Below are positions 15,335-27,927 of a DNA stretch of 64,000 nt, piece by piece. The position numbers were made by a program, and so were the translations under genes. The notes below the pieces were generated by a model, which was not told the DNA's origin, searched no databases, and saw only the letters and a program-made list of their open reading frames with translations. Origin of the DNA: Octopus sinensis (taxonomy: Eukaryota); assembly GCF_006345805.1 (NCBI RefSeq), contig NC_043001.1:51894001-51958000 (forward strand). Reading direction: 5' to 3'. Position 1 is the stretch's first letter; the number at the start of each line of letters is the position of its first letter.

Positions 15335-15830
15335 ACACTGTGTCCTCTACCCCAAATCAAATAAAAGAAGACGATTTAAGCCTAACATCGCAATTTAATA
15401 TAAATATAAATCTGAAACTAATGAAATCTATAACTAAACATTCTTTCTTTTTGTTAGCACAAATGCGCCCAGAAATGTTCTATATTTCGTTTTGGTTTGC
15501 TTCTAGCGACGTGAAGATTTTTGAATTCTCAATCAATTATTCTCAAATTTTCCACACACATGTAGTTTTGCTTATGAATATCACATTTACTTTTTTAGAA
15601 GAATTAATACATAACAAGATAGATTCATTTAAAATTATATATGTTTTTCGAATGAAATGAGTCCAGTGACGTCACAAATGGAAGATGTAGCTGCCATGAC
15701 AACAAACAGAGTATCGTTGAAAATGAAATTTATGAAAGAAAATGATGATGAAATTAATGAATATTTCTTTTCTTCTAAATACTAGGAAATTTATATTTAT
15801 ATACAACTGAAAATTTACATATATATACAA

Positions 15831-17083
15831 CTAACAATGTACCCCGGCGTTGCCCGAGTGTTATGACCTACAACCACTTTGTATATATATATATATATAT
15901 ATATATATACTCAATTTTCAAGTTCAAGCGGAACATACGCTCCACACACAGTGCACTCCGGCGTTGACTGGGTCGTTGATAACAATAGCACCACGAGCAA
16001 CTGGTATTGCAGAAATTGTACCAGTCAGTGAACATCCCGACCAATGAAGGGACATGCACCGTGGGCGGATTCATGCGTGTATGTGACCTTAATTTTCCCT
16101 CGCATAGATGCACGGTGTTGTTGCTGTCTTCACTGAAGTTATCAGGTCAGACATTTGTTTTCCATCGTACCACCCGCGTTATAGTACACACTCAACCACT
16201 GTGAAAACAGGGATATTGTAATAAAATCCTTACGAACTTTGCGGCTTATGAAATGAATAATTGGCATGAATATATACTAATAACGATAGGTAACTATGCA
16301 TAAATTGGGTTGAATAAAGAGAAGAATGTTAAAGGTAAAAGTCTCGAAAAGTTTTCGCCATTTTTTCACGTTTTTACCACACTTGAACGAATATAGGCTC
16401 TTACTGTGGTTAATCCTTAGTGAAATTTTATTGAATTTAAACCCGACAACGCTTGTTAGGCATTTCTGAGTCGCTTACTACCAAGAAAATCTACATGGAC
16501 AAATTGTTTTCGGTAGTAATGTCAGACGCGATCACAATTATGCCAGAAAGAATGGTTCATTAGTCAATTTTCTGTTGAAAAATAGTTTTATGCAAAAAGA
16601 TCGTATCACTATACTTCAAAGACAATGTTTTATCATGGAATACTAAAGACGTTCACATTGGCAGTTTAGTTGTGGCACAAAGGCGATTATTGACGGAAAA
16701 TGTGCTAATAATTGTTCCCCAAAAGTATGCTTTTTGGTCATTTTCCGTTGATAAATAAGGTTTTGGGCATCTCAAATGCATTCATAACACTCCTTGTATA
16801 TTGCTACTTTTTTAGACACCGTAAACATTAGAATTGACAACGTAGATTAGAAGCAAATTCAAATATTGCCCCAAAATGACCTCAAAATTGTGCGACCTGA
16901 CCTCTTTTTGGAGATTATTTTTGTAGTAAAAACAATTGTGTAAAAAACATAGTTCATTTGGTAGCCAAAAGATTACTGAATATTTTGATACCTCATTCGT
17001 CAAAATCGGCGACTCAGTTTTCGAATCCATAAAGTACACTCTCTCACACACACACTCACATTCTGTTATATATATATATATAT
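15831..17083 (-). mobile_element. Non-autonomous Helitron-like element
   Basis: Minus-strand 3' end: hairpin ctcgggcaacgccggg, then ...TTAG|T. Other end reads (TA)n-aacagaatgtgagtgtgtg...ccgattttgacg, like Helitron-N 5' ends. No Rep/helicase seen. Confidence 0.6.
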
Positions 17084-17104
17084 GTAAATTAGAATAATAA
17101 TAAT

Positions 17105-18711
17105 AATCCTTCCTACTATAGGCACAAGGTTTGAAATTTTGGGGAGGGACCTAGTAGATTACATCGACCCCAATGTCTCACTGGTACTTAATTTATTGAT
17201 CCCGAAAGAGATACGAATCCAGTACAGAACGATGAGTGCCACAGTACCGTTTATTCACTCGCTTGAGACCGGCCCAAGTGCTTTCTACTCGTTAATTATG
17301 GGTCTTGTCATGGGAGTTTACAAACCCAATGCTGTGGTTTACTGTTTTATGGCGAAATTTGTATCCTGGTGGAGTTTGAACTCACAATATAACGACGGGT
17401 GAAATACCGCAAAGCATTTCATCCAGCGTGCTAGCGACTCTGCCAGTACGCCGCCTTAACAATAATAATAATATTTCTTCCTAGTATAGGCACAAGGCTT
17501 GAAATTTTGGGGCAGGGAAGCCAGTCAATTACTTCGATCCCAGTACGCAACTGGTACTTAATTTATCGACTCTGAAAGGATGGACGGCAAATTCGACCTC
17601 GGCGGAGTTTGAACTCAGAACGTAAAGACGGATGTATTGCCGCAAAGCATTCGCCCGGCGTGCTAAGATCTGCAAGATCACCGCTTAATAATAATAATAT
17701 TAATAATCCTTTCTACTAAAGGCACAAAGCCTGGAATTTGGTGGGAGGGGACTAGTCGATTACTTCGACCCAGAGCGTAACTGGTACTTGTTTCATCCAC
17801 CGCGAAAGGATGAGAAGTAAAGTCGACCTTGGCAGAATTTGAACTCAGAAAGTAAAGATGGACGAAATGCCGCTAAGCATTTGCCCGGCGTGCTTAACGA
17901 TTCTGCCAGCTCGCCGCCTTAATAATAATAATATTTTCTAGTAAAGGCACTAAGCCTGAAATTTAGGAGGAGGGGGCTAGTCGATTATATCGACCCCAGT
18001 GTTACTTAATTTATCGACCTCTAAAAGAGGACAAGCAAAGTCTACCTTGGCGGAATTTGAATTCAGAACGTAGCGACAGGTAAAATACCTATTTCTTTAC
18101 TGCCCACAAGGGGGTACACACAGAAGGGACAAACAAGGACAGACAAACGGATTAAGTCGAGTATATCGACCCCAGTAACTGGTACTTATTTAATCGACCC
18201 CGAAAGGATGAAAAGCAAAGTCGACCTCAGCGGAATTTGAACTCAGAACGTAGCGGGAGACGAAATACCTATTTCTTTACTACCCACAAGGGGCTAAACA
18301 CAGAGAGGACAGACAAACGGACTAAGTCGATTACATCGACCCCAGTGCGTAACTGGTACTTGATTTATCGACCCCAAAAGGATGAAAGGCAAAGTCGACC
18401 TCGGCGGAATTTGAACTCACAACGTAACGCAGACGAAATACCGCTAAGCATTTCGCTCGGCATGCTAACAACAACAATAATAATAATAATAATTATGATA
18501 ATCCTTCCTACTAAAGGCACAAGGCCTGAATTTTGGGGGTAGGGACAGTCGATTACATCGACTCCAGTGTTCAACTGGTACTTATTTTATCGACCTCGAA
18601 AGGAAGAAAGACAAATCGACTTTGGCGGAATTTGAACTCCAAACATAAAGTTGGACGAAATGTCACTAAGCATTTTGACCGGGGTACTAACGATTCTGTC
18701 AGCTCACCGCC

Positions 18712-18712
<1 letters not shown>
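17105..18712 (-). mobile_element. Tandem array of seven same-orientation family-1 SINE copies
   Basis: Copies at ~17105-17458, 17473-17687, 17703-17920, 17933-18089, 18090-18269, 18270-18470 and 18497-18712, separated by (AAT)n or joined directly. Confidence 0.9.
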
Positions 18713-18745
<33 letters not shown>

Positions 18746-18874
18746 TAATAATGATAAAAAACAATGCCATAGTCACAGGTTTCTGACCCGCCAAAGTGAA
18801 ACGAAAACACACTGACTGGCAATAAAAGATCCGGAAACAATGATGAAGTAAAAAAGTAACAGAATGCTATGAAA

Positions 18875-19470
18875 TTAGTGAAATTGAGTTAAGGACGGCA
18901 GTTTCTTATGAAACGAATCATGTTTCTCATACCTGCAGCGCCACATAATCTCGTAGAGATACGAGTCCCGTATAGAACTATGAGTGCTACAGTACCGTTT
19001 GTTCACTCGCTTAAGATAGGCCCAAGTGTATTCAACTCGTTGAGTATGGGTCCTGTCATGGGAGTTTACAAACCCAACGCTGTGGTTCACTGTTCTATGG
19101 CGAAATTTGTATTCTGGTATCTCAGGAATATGCAATTATGCACCCCACAGGTCACTATAAATAGTTGTTTCCGGCAGAATTGATCCACGAATGCATTCTT
19201 CAAGTGTATTACGATCTCAAAAAGGTATGGCGTAAAAAAAATCTCGACTTTTGCGACACACACACACACAACCGAAAACCCACTGTTCGGGTAGCATTAT
19301 TCGACCACAGTGGAACTTTCTTCTTGAAAAGACTGTTATTTCAACACTTCTGCTGGGACCACCAATTTTCGATGGACTGCACAGACCTTCCATAGATAAT
19401 TTTTGTTATCTTTTGCCACTGTCGGGGCAATCCTTAGTTCTTCCTTACAAAATTTTGTTGTCAACTTTTT
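18875..19470 (-). pseudogene. Second Merlin/ISXO2-like transposase remnant (different family)
   Basis: IGGP..VEI, QWVFG, TTIYSDLWGA, HRTVNHSVGFV..HTQRVEYTWAYLK..DSYLYEIMWR; no TIRs found. Confidence 0.85.
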
Positions 19471-20529
19471 GACTCAGCAGAAGATAAATATAAATACACT
19501 TCTAAGTGGAAAGGTCCCCCCCTCCCAAACGTATGCTTCTTCTTTTCTACTCTAGGCACAAGGCCCGAACCGTGTGCTTCTTCTGACAAACGCAAGGTCT
19601 CGGCGTTGTCTCCTACTACATTTTCAGTATAAGTAGCCATGTTATTGTTTTATTTGCATATTGTACTGATTTTTGCACTTCTTTCGAAGAATTCCCTTTT
19701 CTTGTAAAAAAACAAGAATACCGTGAACTTTCAGTGACAAAATAAAAAAAATTATCGCGGTCACCATCGCTCCTTCTCCTTCCTCCGTTTTGATAATTTT
19801 CTCTGTGGAATAATTTCTTGAAGGACTCACTGTCAATGGAATTTTTTCAGAGGAATGGCTACTCGCGAGTTCATGTTCAAATGAAGAATTAATTAATGAA
19901 GCTGAGTTGTCATGACAACGAACATTTTCGACTTCTGCTGAGGGCAGTGACTTAAAATTAATTCGCTAAAAATACGTCTCTTTAAATGCTTCTAACTACT
20001 TTATTATAAGTTTTCCAAAATAATGACTGCGATACTCGACATTAGCATGCAAAACTATATAAAATGCATATGTTTTTGAAAATTTTCAGATTAACATCTG
20101 TGGCTGGAAGAAAACGAAAAAGATCTCTTGTTTGTTTCCAATATTAAAATGGCTCGTCGATTCTATCTAACTTTTACTGTCCCAGTCTACGCAACTTCTT
20201 GTTCTGAACGTAACAAGAGAAGCACTGTTTGCTTTGCAAATGATTTGAAACACACACAAACACAAAAGCCTATGGGAAGCAACTTCCTAGTTTACCTTCC
20301 CTTTTTGACCGGTATCATCATTGAATATGCGCGTTAATTTGATTAGTTGTACGACCAGCTCTGCAGCAGCTACCACACTGAGCGTCCTAACAAGTATAAT
20401 GTTTTTAAAACTATTTTCACAAGAGGTAACTGTAAATATGTAGGAATAAGGTATTTGTATAATGTATAAATCTAAATAGGACATGTCAAACAGCGTCAAA
20501 GTTTCATACCCTTTCATTAATACAAATGA

Positions 20530-20718
20530 GAAGGCGGCAAACTTGGAGAATTGTTAGCACACTTGACAAATTGCTTTAGCGACATTTTTTCCGGCTCGTA
20601 AATTTCTGAGTTCAAATGCTGCCGCTGTCGACTTTGCTTTTCATCCTTTCGTGGTCGATAAATTAGGCACCAGTGAAACACTGAGGTCGATGCAATCGAC
20701 TAGTTCCCTCCCGCTAAA

Positions 20719-20761
<43 letters not shown>

Positions 20762-21042
20762 GTTGTTGTTGTTGCTGTTGCTGTTGCTGCTGCTGCTGCT
20801 GCTGCTGCTGTTGTTGTTGTTGTTAGGTGGCAACTTGGCAGACTTGTTAGCACGTCGGTGAAAATGCTTTGCAAGTTTCTTCAGGTTCTTTACGTTCTGC
20901 GTTCAAATTTTGCCGAGGTAGACTATGACTTTCATTTTTTCGCGGTCGCTAAAATAAGTATCAGTTGAATGTTGGAGTCGATATAATCGCCTTTACCCTC
21001 CCCTCAAAATCGCTGGTCATGTGCCAAAATTAGAAGGATTAT
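20530..21042 (+). mobile_element. Two family-1 SINE copies separated by (ATT)n(GTT)n(GCT)n
   Basis: Heads aaggcggcaaacttggagaa (20530) and aggtggcaacttggcag (20825), each with the gactttgc.tttcat core. Confidence 0.8.
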
Positions 21043-21214
21043 TAGTATTTTGTTTTTATCCCACTAAACATTAGTTCTATCACAAAATCCACTGTAATTT
21101 GCGAACATGTTCCTTACTCTAAAATAATATTGAATGCAGGCAGGTATGATTTTGTTTCACAGAACTCATAGAACATGGGATTAATTCCATTATGCGTTAC
21201 TATATACATGGAAC

Positions 21215-21492
21215 GTGGAGGCACATTGCCTAGTGGTTAGAGCAGTGGACTCGCGGTCGAGGGATCGCGGGTTCCAATCTCAGACCGGGTGACGTGTGTG
21301 TTTATGAGTGAAACACTTAAGCTCCACGTAGCTCCGGCAGAAGGTAATGACGAACTCCTGCTGACTCTTTGGCTACAACTTTCTCTTACTCTTTCCTCCT
21401 GCATCTTGCAGCTCACCTGGGGAACCTATATACCAAGGAAACCGGGAAACAGGCCCTTATGAGCCAGGCATGGCTCGAGAAGGAACAAACAA
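21215..21492 (+). mobile_element. tRNA-derived SINE family 4 with TSD
   Basis: tgcctagtggttagagcag..gggttccaatc; tail gaaaccgggaaac.ggccc.tatgagcc; 11-bp TSD atacatggaac at 21204-21214 and 21493-21503. Confidence 0.85.
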
Positions 21493-21604
21493 ATACATGG
21501 AACATCAAAGTAGTGGCTATAGCATTTGTCTAGTATCAAAATAGTACCTATTTACTGATGTATACAGTGAATTACATGTATTGTGTTAACATTTTTATAA
21601 GGAA

Positions 21605-22500
21605 TAGAAAGGCCAGTAATTTCGCTGGAGCGGGTAAGTCGATAACATCGCCCCTAATGTTCAGCTGGTTCTTATTCTATTGACTCCGGAAGAATGAAAG
21701 GCAAAGTCAGTCCCGGCGGTATTTGAACTCAGAACGTAAACACGGACTAAATGCCAATAATCATTTTGCCAGCAATGCTAATGATTCTGCCAGCTCACCG
21801 ACTTGAAACTAAAAATAATATTGATTTCAAATTTTGGCACGAGGCCAGCAAGTTCGGGGGAGGGGACAAATCGATTACATCGACCCAGTGTTCAACTGGT
21901 ACTTATTTCATTAACCCCAGAAGGATGAAATGTAAAGTCGATCTCGGCGGAATTTGAACTCAGAATGTTAAGACGGACGAAATGCCGTTAGGCATTTTGC
22001 CCGGCATGCTAAAGATTCTTATTTCTTTATTGCCCACAAGGAGCTAAACATAGAGGGGACAAACAAGGACAAACAAAGGAATTAAGTCGATTACATCGAC
22101 CCCATTGCGTAACTTGTACTTGATTTATCGACCCCGAAAGGATGAAAGGCAAAGTCGACCTCGGCGGAATTTGAACTTAGAACGTAACGGCAGACGAAAT
22201 ACGGCTACGCATTTCGCCCGGCATGCTAACGATTCTGCCAGCTGACCACCTTCAAATTAGAAATAATATTAATGAAGGATTTAAGGCACCAAGCTGGCAG
22301 AATCCTTACTGCGTCAGAGAAATTGTTAGCAACATTTCGTTTGTCCTAAGTTCAAATGCCACCGTAGTAGACTTTGCCTTTCATCCTTTCGTGTCGATAA
22401 AATAAGTACCAGGTCAATACTGGAGTTGATATAATCGACTTACTGTCCATCCCCCGAACTTGCTGTCCTTGTGTCAAAAAAATTTGAAACCAATATTATT
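21605..22500. mobile_element. Three minus-strand family-1 SINEs (21605-22255) head-to-head with one plus-strand copy (22290-22500)
   Basis: Repeated heads and cores read directly in the sequence. Confidence 0.85.
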
Positions 22501-23842
22501 TATTGTCTTAGTGTGGGTAAAGTACTACATACCTTTCGCTACCTTGACAGCACGTCCTTGAAACAGGTATACCTGATGTAGCAAAAGGAACTGGATAATA
22601 AAGTATTAGTTTTTGGGTTATATAGTTATATGGTTACAACTCTTTTTTCCAGACTAATAAACAAATCCCTCTAACGACTCAGTTATCAGCAAATCTGTAA
22701 TTATACACACAACCTATAATTATTTGTTTAGTTTAAAATCACTTTTTAGAATATTTTTTCAATCCTCCATTTTCATTTTTTTTTTTTTCAAGTTTCAAAC
22801 TATCGCCTACCACTTTGTGTAACTTCTATAAACCACGCCGATCAGGGATTGAGTATTAATGGCGATAATAATGTATTCTGTTTTAATAATCACTATGAAA
22901 CCGGACTTTGATGGGAAAATAACGATTATGAGATAATAATGACCGGAAATCGTAAAAACGTTACCCACCTTCAAAATGCATCCCTTTTATTTTTGTATAT
23001 TTTTTGTTGTTAATCCAGTCTGGTAAGAGACTGAGATAAAAAGATGTTAATAAAAATGTCATCTGATCTAAAACCACCATTTTATCTGACGTTAAACAAT
23101 AGTGAACCGTTCCTTTCCATTTTTATTAATGTAGAAACTATATATTTCGAGCATTTTATATTTTTTACGATATTGATTAGATATCTGTTGGCTTTTATTT
23201 GCAAGTTTTACTTTATATTTCAAATTTCTTTTCTTCTGAATCTCTTAATAAAAATCACTCTTCTTTCCTTCCTTTTAAATTTTATTTACGTTTCTGCTTC
23301 TTTCTATGCACTTTCCTTTTTATAATCCTTTCTTTTTAGTGATATTTTACCTTTGTTTTACCATTCTTTGCTTCGTTTGTTTATTCATGTCATTCTTGCT
23401 ATACTGTCATGGGTAGATTAAGTCGTTCGAATGAAGGATTGACTGATTATTGCAGTGTTTAAGAGGAGAAATAGACAATGGCAGAAAGTAGACAGAAAGA
23501 GATGGGTTGGGTTGTAAGCTACGAAAGACATAAGTAATAAAGTTTCAGTGAATAAATTGCTGTGGTTGCCATTGTCACTGATGCCGTTGTCACTGTTGAA
23601 GTGGTCAGCACAGAATAGTGTTGATATCGTTTGACAGGGATTAATATTGAGTAGTGTTGATATCATTGTCAGTGTCCAGCGTTGAGTATTACGCTGTGTA
23701 ACAATTGTTTTACTTTGTTTTTGTTTTTAGTCAGTAAGTTTTATTTCTTATTTGCTTCTATCTAGAAATCAAAGAAAATGACTATTATTCTCTTCAAACT
23801 TCGCTTTTGTGACGTGGACATCAATGCTTTGAAACTCAACTA

Positions 23843-24246
23843 GGATCTTTTCGGTTTGAACGGCAGTTTTTTCTAGCGGTGTCATATGAAATTGTCACCC
23901 ATAATTATGACCCTAGTATCGATCTATTGCATTTCTTTTAGGATTAGGGGTGGGGGAAGGGTATCTTTTTTTCTTCAGAACTGTAAATAAACCCAATCTG
24001 TTTCTTAAACGAGGGGCATTTTCATACGGCACAGAATGTTTTCAGCCCAATAGAAGTCATTGATTGGTTGAAATTGCAGAAATTAAAGAAAAACAACAAC
24101 AAATATCTTACAAACTATAGAATGTTCTCAATACGGCCAAGAGAAAAAGATATTTTATAAACACATTCTACCAGTATACGAAGTTTAAAAGTGTTTAGTT
24201 ACGTGGAAATTATTTTTAAAAACTGCCGTTCAAACCGAAAAGATCC
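23843..24246. mobile_element. Related MITE with GG termini and 8-bp TSD
   Basis: Perfect ~29-bp TIR ggatcttttcggtttgaacggcagttttt; perfect TSD ctcaacta at 23835-23842 and 24247-24254. Right half is homologous to 15130-15334. Confidence 0.9.
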
Positions 24247-24559
24247 CTCAACTATTTTCCATTACATTTCAGACTGATTCAGCGCTGAGTTGCTGAAGCA
24301 GAAATATCGTAATGCCACATATTCTGCTCGGTACCTCAGATTTGCTTGTCCGTTGCTTGACCTTAACCAGTTGAGCATGTCCATTAGTGGCTGACAATAT
24401 GTGTATTTCTGATAATGAGAAAGCGTGGTGGGGGAGCATCATAGCTATGTGTTGAGAGGGATTCTTTGGGGTTTGAATAAATGTAACAAAAGCTAAGTTT
24501 CAAGGAATATTAGACATTTTTAGTACTCTCCTGAAATAGGAAGAGGTCGCAAATGATCG

Positions 24560-24810
24560 CCCACGCTAGAAACATATACTGAGAAAGGGGATGAAGTGAG
24601 GGGAAAAGAAAGAGGAACTCGCCACCAAAGAAAAGCGCACTAGACGGAAGGGAAACCAGTAGCGCCAATAGAGAGTTCCATCAAATGCAGTCGCTGTATG
24701 CGTGACTGCCACTCCCTTGTGGGCCTCTACAACGGCAGACGCTGCACCACCCTCAGCAACAGATACAATTTCTTCGAGCGCAGATCCATGGTCTCTCCAG
24801 ACCACTACTA
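24560..24810 (+). mobile_element. 3' fragment of RTE/BovB-like LINE
   Basis: Plus frame IKCSRCMRDCHSLVGLY..RRC resembles the C-terminal C2H/C zinc motif of RTE-clade ORF2, followed by ccatggtctctccagac. Confidence 0.5.
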
Positions 24811-25362
24811 TTGTCTAAGCGTATAGGAAACAACTGTTGTTACCTAAGAACAAAAATCGTGTTACACAGTGTTATTAATGTCATGGACAATGGTCGGTAT
24901 TGAATAATGTTGATGTTATTGACAGTGTCCAATATTGAGTAATATTAATGTCATGGACAACTGTACACTATTGACGTCACTGTTAGTTTTCAATATTGCC
25001 TTGTCATTTGAACGTAGTCAGCATTTAGTAGTGTTGAAGTTATTGACAATAGCTGGTTCTACTTTATCATATCAACATCTCAAGCATAACTGATTGATGA
25101 CTCATTCGAGCTCCTTTTATACAGTAAAACGCATGGGGACTTTTTTCAATATTTCAGGGTTACCTGAAAGATGGATTATCATCAAGCAGGCTGCACTCCT
25201 AGAAATATCAAGGTAATTTTCCTTTAGGTGTCATCCAGGAAGTCCTGAGGTTGCAGTTTGTTCATGACCGGTTTAAAACATGTCGTTTCTCTTTCAAAGT
25301 CAGTAAAGTATATGGATTAAGTAAAGATTTTGATGGCAATTTTTTTTTGTTTGAAGACGGCA

Positions 25363-25760
25363 AGCTGGTAGAAACGTTAGCAAGCCGGGCGAAATGCTTA
25401 GCGGTATTTCGTCTGCCGTTACGTTCTGAGTTCAAATTCCGCCGAGATCGACTTTGCCTTTCATCCTTTCGCGGTCGATTAAATAAGTACCAGTTATGCA
25501 CTGGGGTCGATATAATCGACATAATCCATTTGTCTGTCCTTGTTTGTCCTCTTTGTGTTTAGCCCCTTGTGGGTAGTAAGGAAATAGGTATTTCGCCTGT
25601 CTTTATGATGTGAGTTCAAAAATTCCGCCGAGGTCGACTTTGCCTTTCATCCATTCGAGGTCGATAAATTAAGTACCAGTTGCATACTGGGATCAATCTA
25701 ATCGACTGCCTCCCCCCCCCCCAAAGTTTCGGGCCTTGCTTCTACAGTAGAAAAGAATTT
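25363..25760 (+). mobile_element. Family-1 SINE dimer (tail A copy fused to a head-truncated tail B copy)
   Basis: Junction ...gtaaggaaata|ggtatttcgcctg at 25586/25587. Confidence 0.88.
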
Positions 25761-27816
25761 TCTTGTGTTTGGTTCTTGTAGCAGATTGATTGACCTCATT
25801 GTTTGTAAGTTGATGTTAGCACATTTAATGCTGTGGAGATGGAAATGCTGATAAGAAATAATTACGTGAAGGGCGAAATGTGGGGAACTCAAGATGTTCT
25901 TTTTATTTGACCTTTTCAGAGAAACATATACTTTGTTATTCAATACGAAGAAGTAACGAGATAATCATGAATTAAATGTACAATGTTCTGTAAGAGCAGG
26001 CATAGAATATTAGTATATGTTTTAAAAAGTAATCATCGGATTTGATTGGGAGCTGTAAGGTATTGTTCTAGAATCTGATCAGAAAGCCGGTAGTTATTCA
26101 ACCTCAAGTCAGTTTTGACCAAAAAGATTTGCTATCAAAGAATTCTGGCTATGATCACCCCGTCTTAATTTTCAGACAATGTATCCAAGAGTACAATGTG
26201 CTCTTCCATTTTTTAAGATAAGATGTAGATTGAGGAGTATATGGTTGCTATTTGTAGCAAACCAACCGACCATGTAGAGGCTCCATAATTGGCTCGAGCA
26301 TACCAGTAATCGACTCAGGTAAACAATTATGATATAGACCTTGTATTTGTTCATGTGACATATTTAGAGACGTTGTAGAGTAGAGGTTCCCCACCTGTGT
26401 TCCGTGGACTTCTCGAGCTCTACAACGATTGAGGATTCTTGGGTTGTGTTCAAAATTTTAAAAATTACATTGAAAATATACAATTACTCGGTTACATTCG
26501 TTTATTACGTTATATTTCAATCTTTCAACTTGGAGATGAAAACGGGAAAACGACTTTGTTGTTAGTTAATAGAAAATGCTTATCGAGTTGAGAGACCTTT
26601 CAAAAATCTGGAGTCTGCAAGAAAATGCATTTAACTTTTGAACGGCGGACATAAGGGAGCAAGAGGAGCAACCGTTCCCCACCCTCTCAGCAGATTTTAC
26701 AAAATTGGCACCTTTTCTTCGTTGTTTTTAACTCTTTAGTACACTTGTGCGATAAACGTCGAATCACTTTTGTTGTTAATTGCATGGCATTGGAAAAACA
26801 TTCTGGAGTCATTACATTATTTGACCAATTGTCTGCTCAATCTCCATTGATGTGCTGATGACCACTGACATGTGAAGAACCAAAACAAATCCTAACTTAA
26901 TGACCTCTCGACATTGGACGATCATGAGGAATTTCATCGTTTTCACGTCACACCTATATCACTAGTTGTAAGTTTAATACATAATGACATTTTTACTGAA
27001 GCGTGAAATTAATGAATGTAGAATACAGTTACGTATATTATAAGTAATGAAATATTTCGCGTAATATAAGAGAAATGAGTTAAAAATTGCTGGGTATGTG
27101 TCACTGCATCGTTTTTAATTTGCTCGCTCCTCCTAACTTTAGAACCTGGCTATGCTTCTGCGGATATCATCAATTGATGTTTCAAAAATTCTACATGGAT
27201 ACATCCATCATAAAATGAAAGTGAATATTTTGCAACACTTTGCGACAATGAAATTGGAGATTTTATAGCGTGAGAGACTAACAATTATAATTTTGCACTT
27301 ATTTAAAGTGACAATAGGTATAAAATTTACCCTTATTCTTTTACTCATTTACTTGTTTCAGTCATTTAACTGCGGCCATGCCGGAGCACCGCCTTTTAGT
27401 TGAACAAATCGACCTCAGGACTTATTTTCTTAGTCTGGCACTTATTCTATCGGTCCATTTTGCCGAACAGCTAAGTTATGGAGATATAAATACACCAATA
27501 CTAGTTGTCAAACGGTGATGGTGGGGGTAGCAAACAAACACAAAGACACACACATAAATACACACATACACACACACACACAAACATACACACATACACA
27601 TATAGTAAATTCAAATTAAAGCATAAAAACAGACATGGAGACGTGCACAAGAAATGTATTAGCTTGATACTCGGTGAAAGAGAGTTTAAGGTTTCGAGCA
27701 TAGCTCTTCGTCGAAAAGGAGAAAGGGAGAAGTCCAAAGAAGGAAAAGAAATCACCAACGGCACGTGTGTAGTTACATTGCTGAACTATATGATCTTATT
27801 ATTATTATTATTATTA

Positions 27817-27854
<38 letters not shown>

Positions 27855-27927
27855 TATTATTATTATTATATTATTTTATTCCTACAATTATGAGAAATTA
27901 TTCCAGACGTGTATTTTACGCTTTGTA

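Noticed and set aside
17105-18712. CRISPR-like or satellite array
   Set aside because: Units are ~180-220-bp diverged SINE copies, with no short repeat/unique spacer structure and no cas genes; context is eukaryotic.
26640-27160. Possible hAT non-autonomous element
   Set aside because: The termini are too degenerate to pair and no TSD was found.
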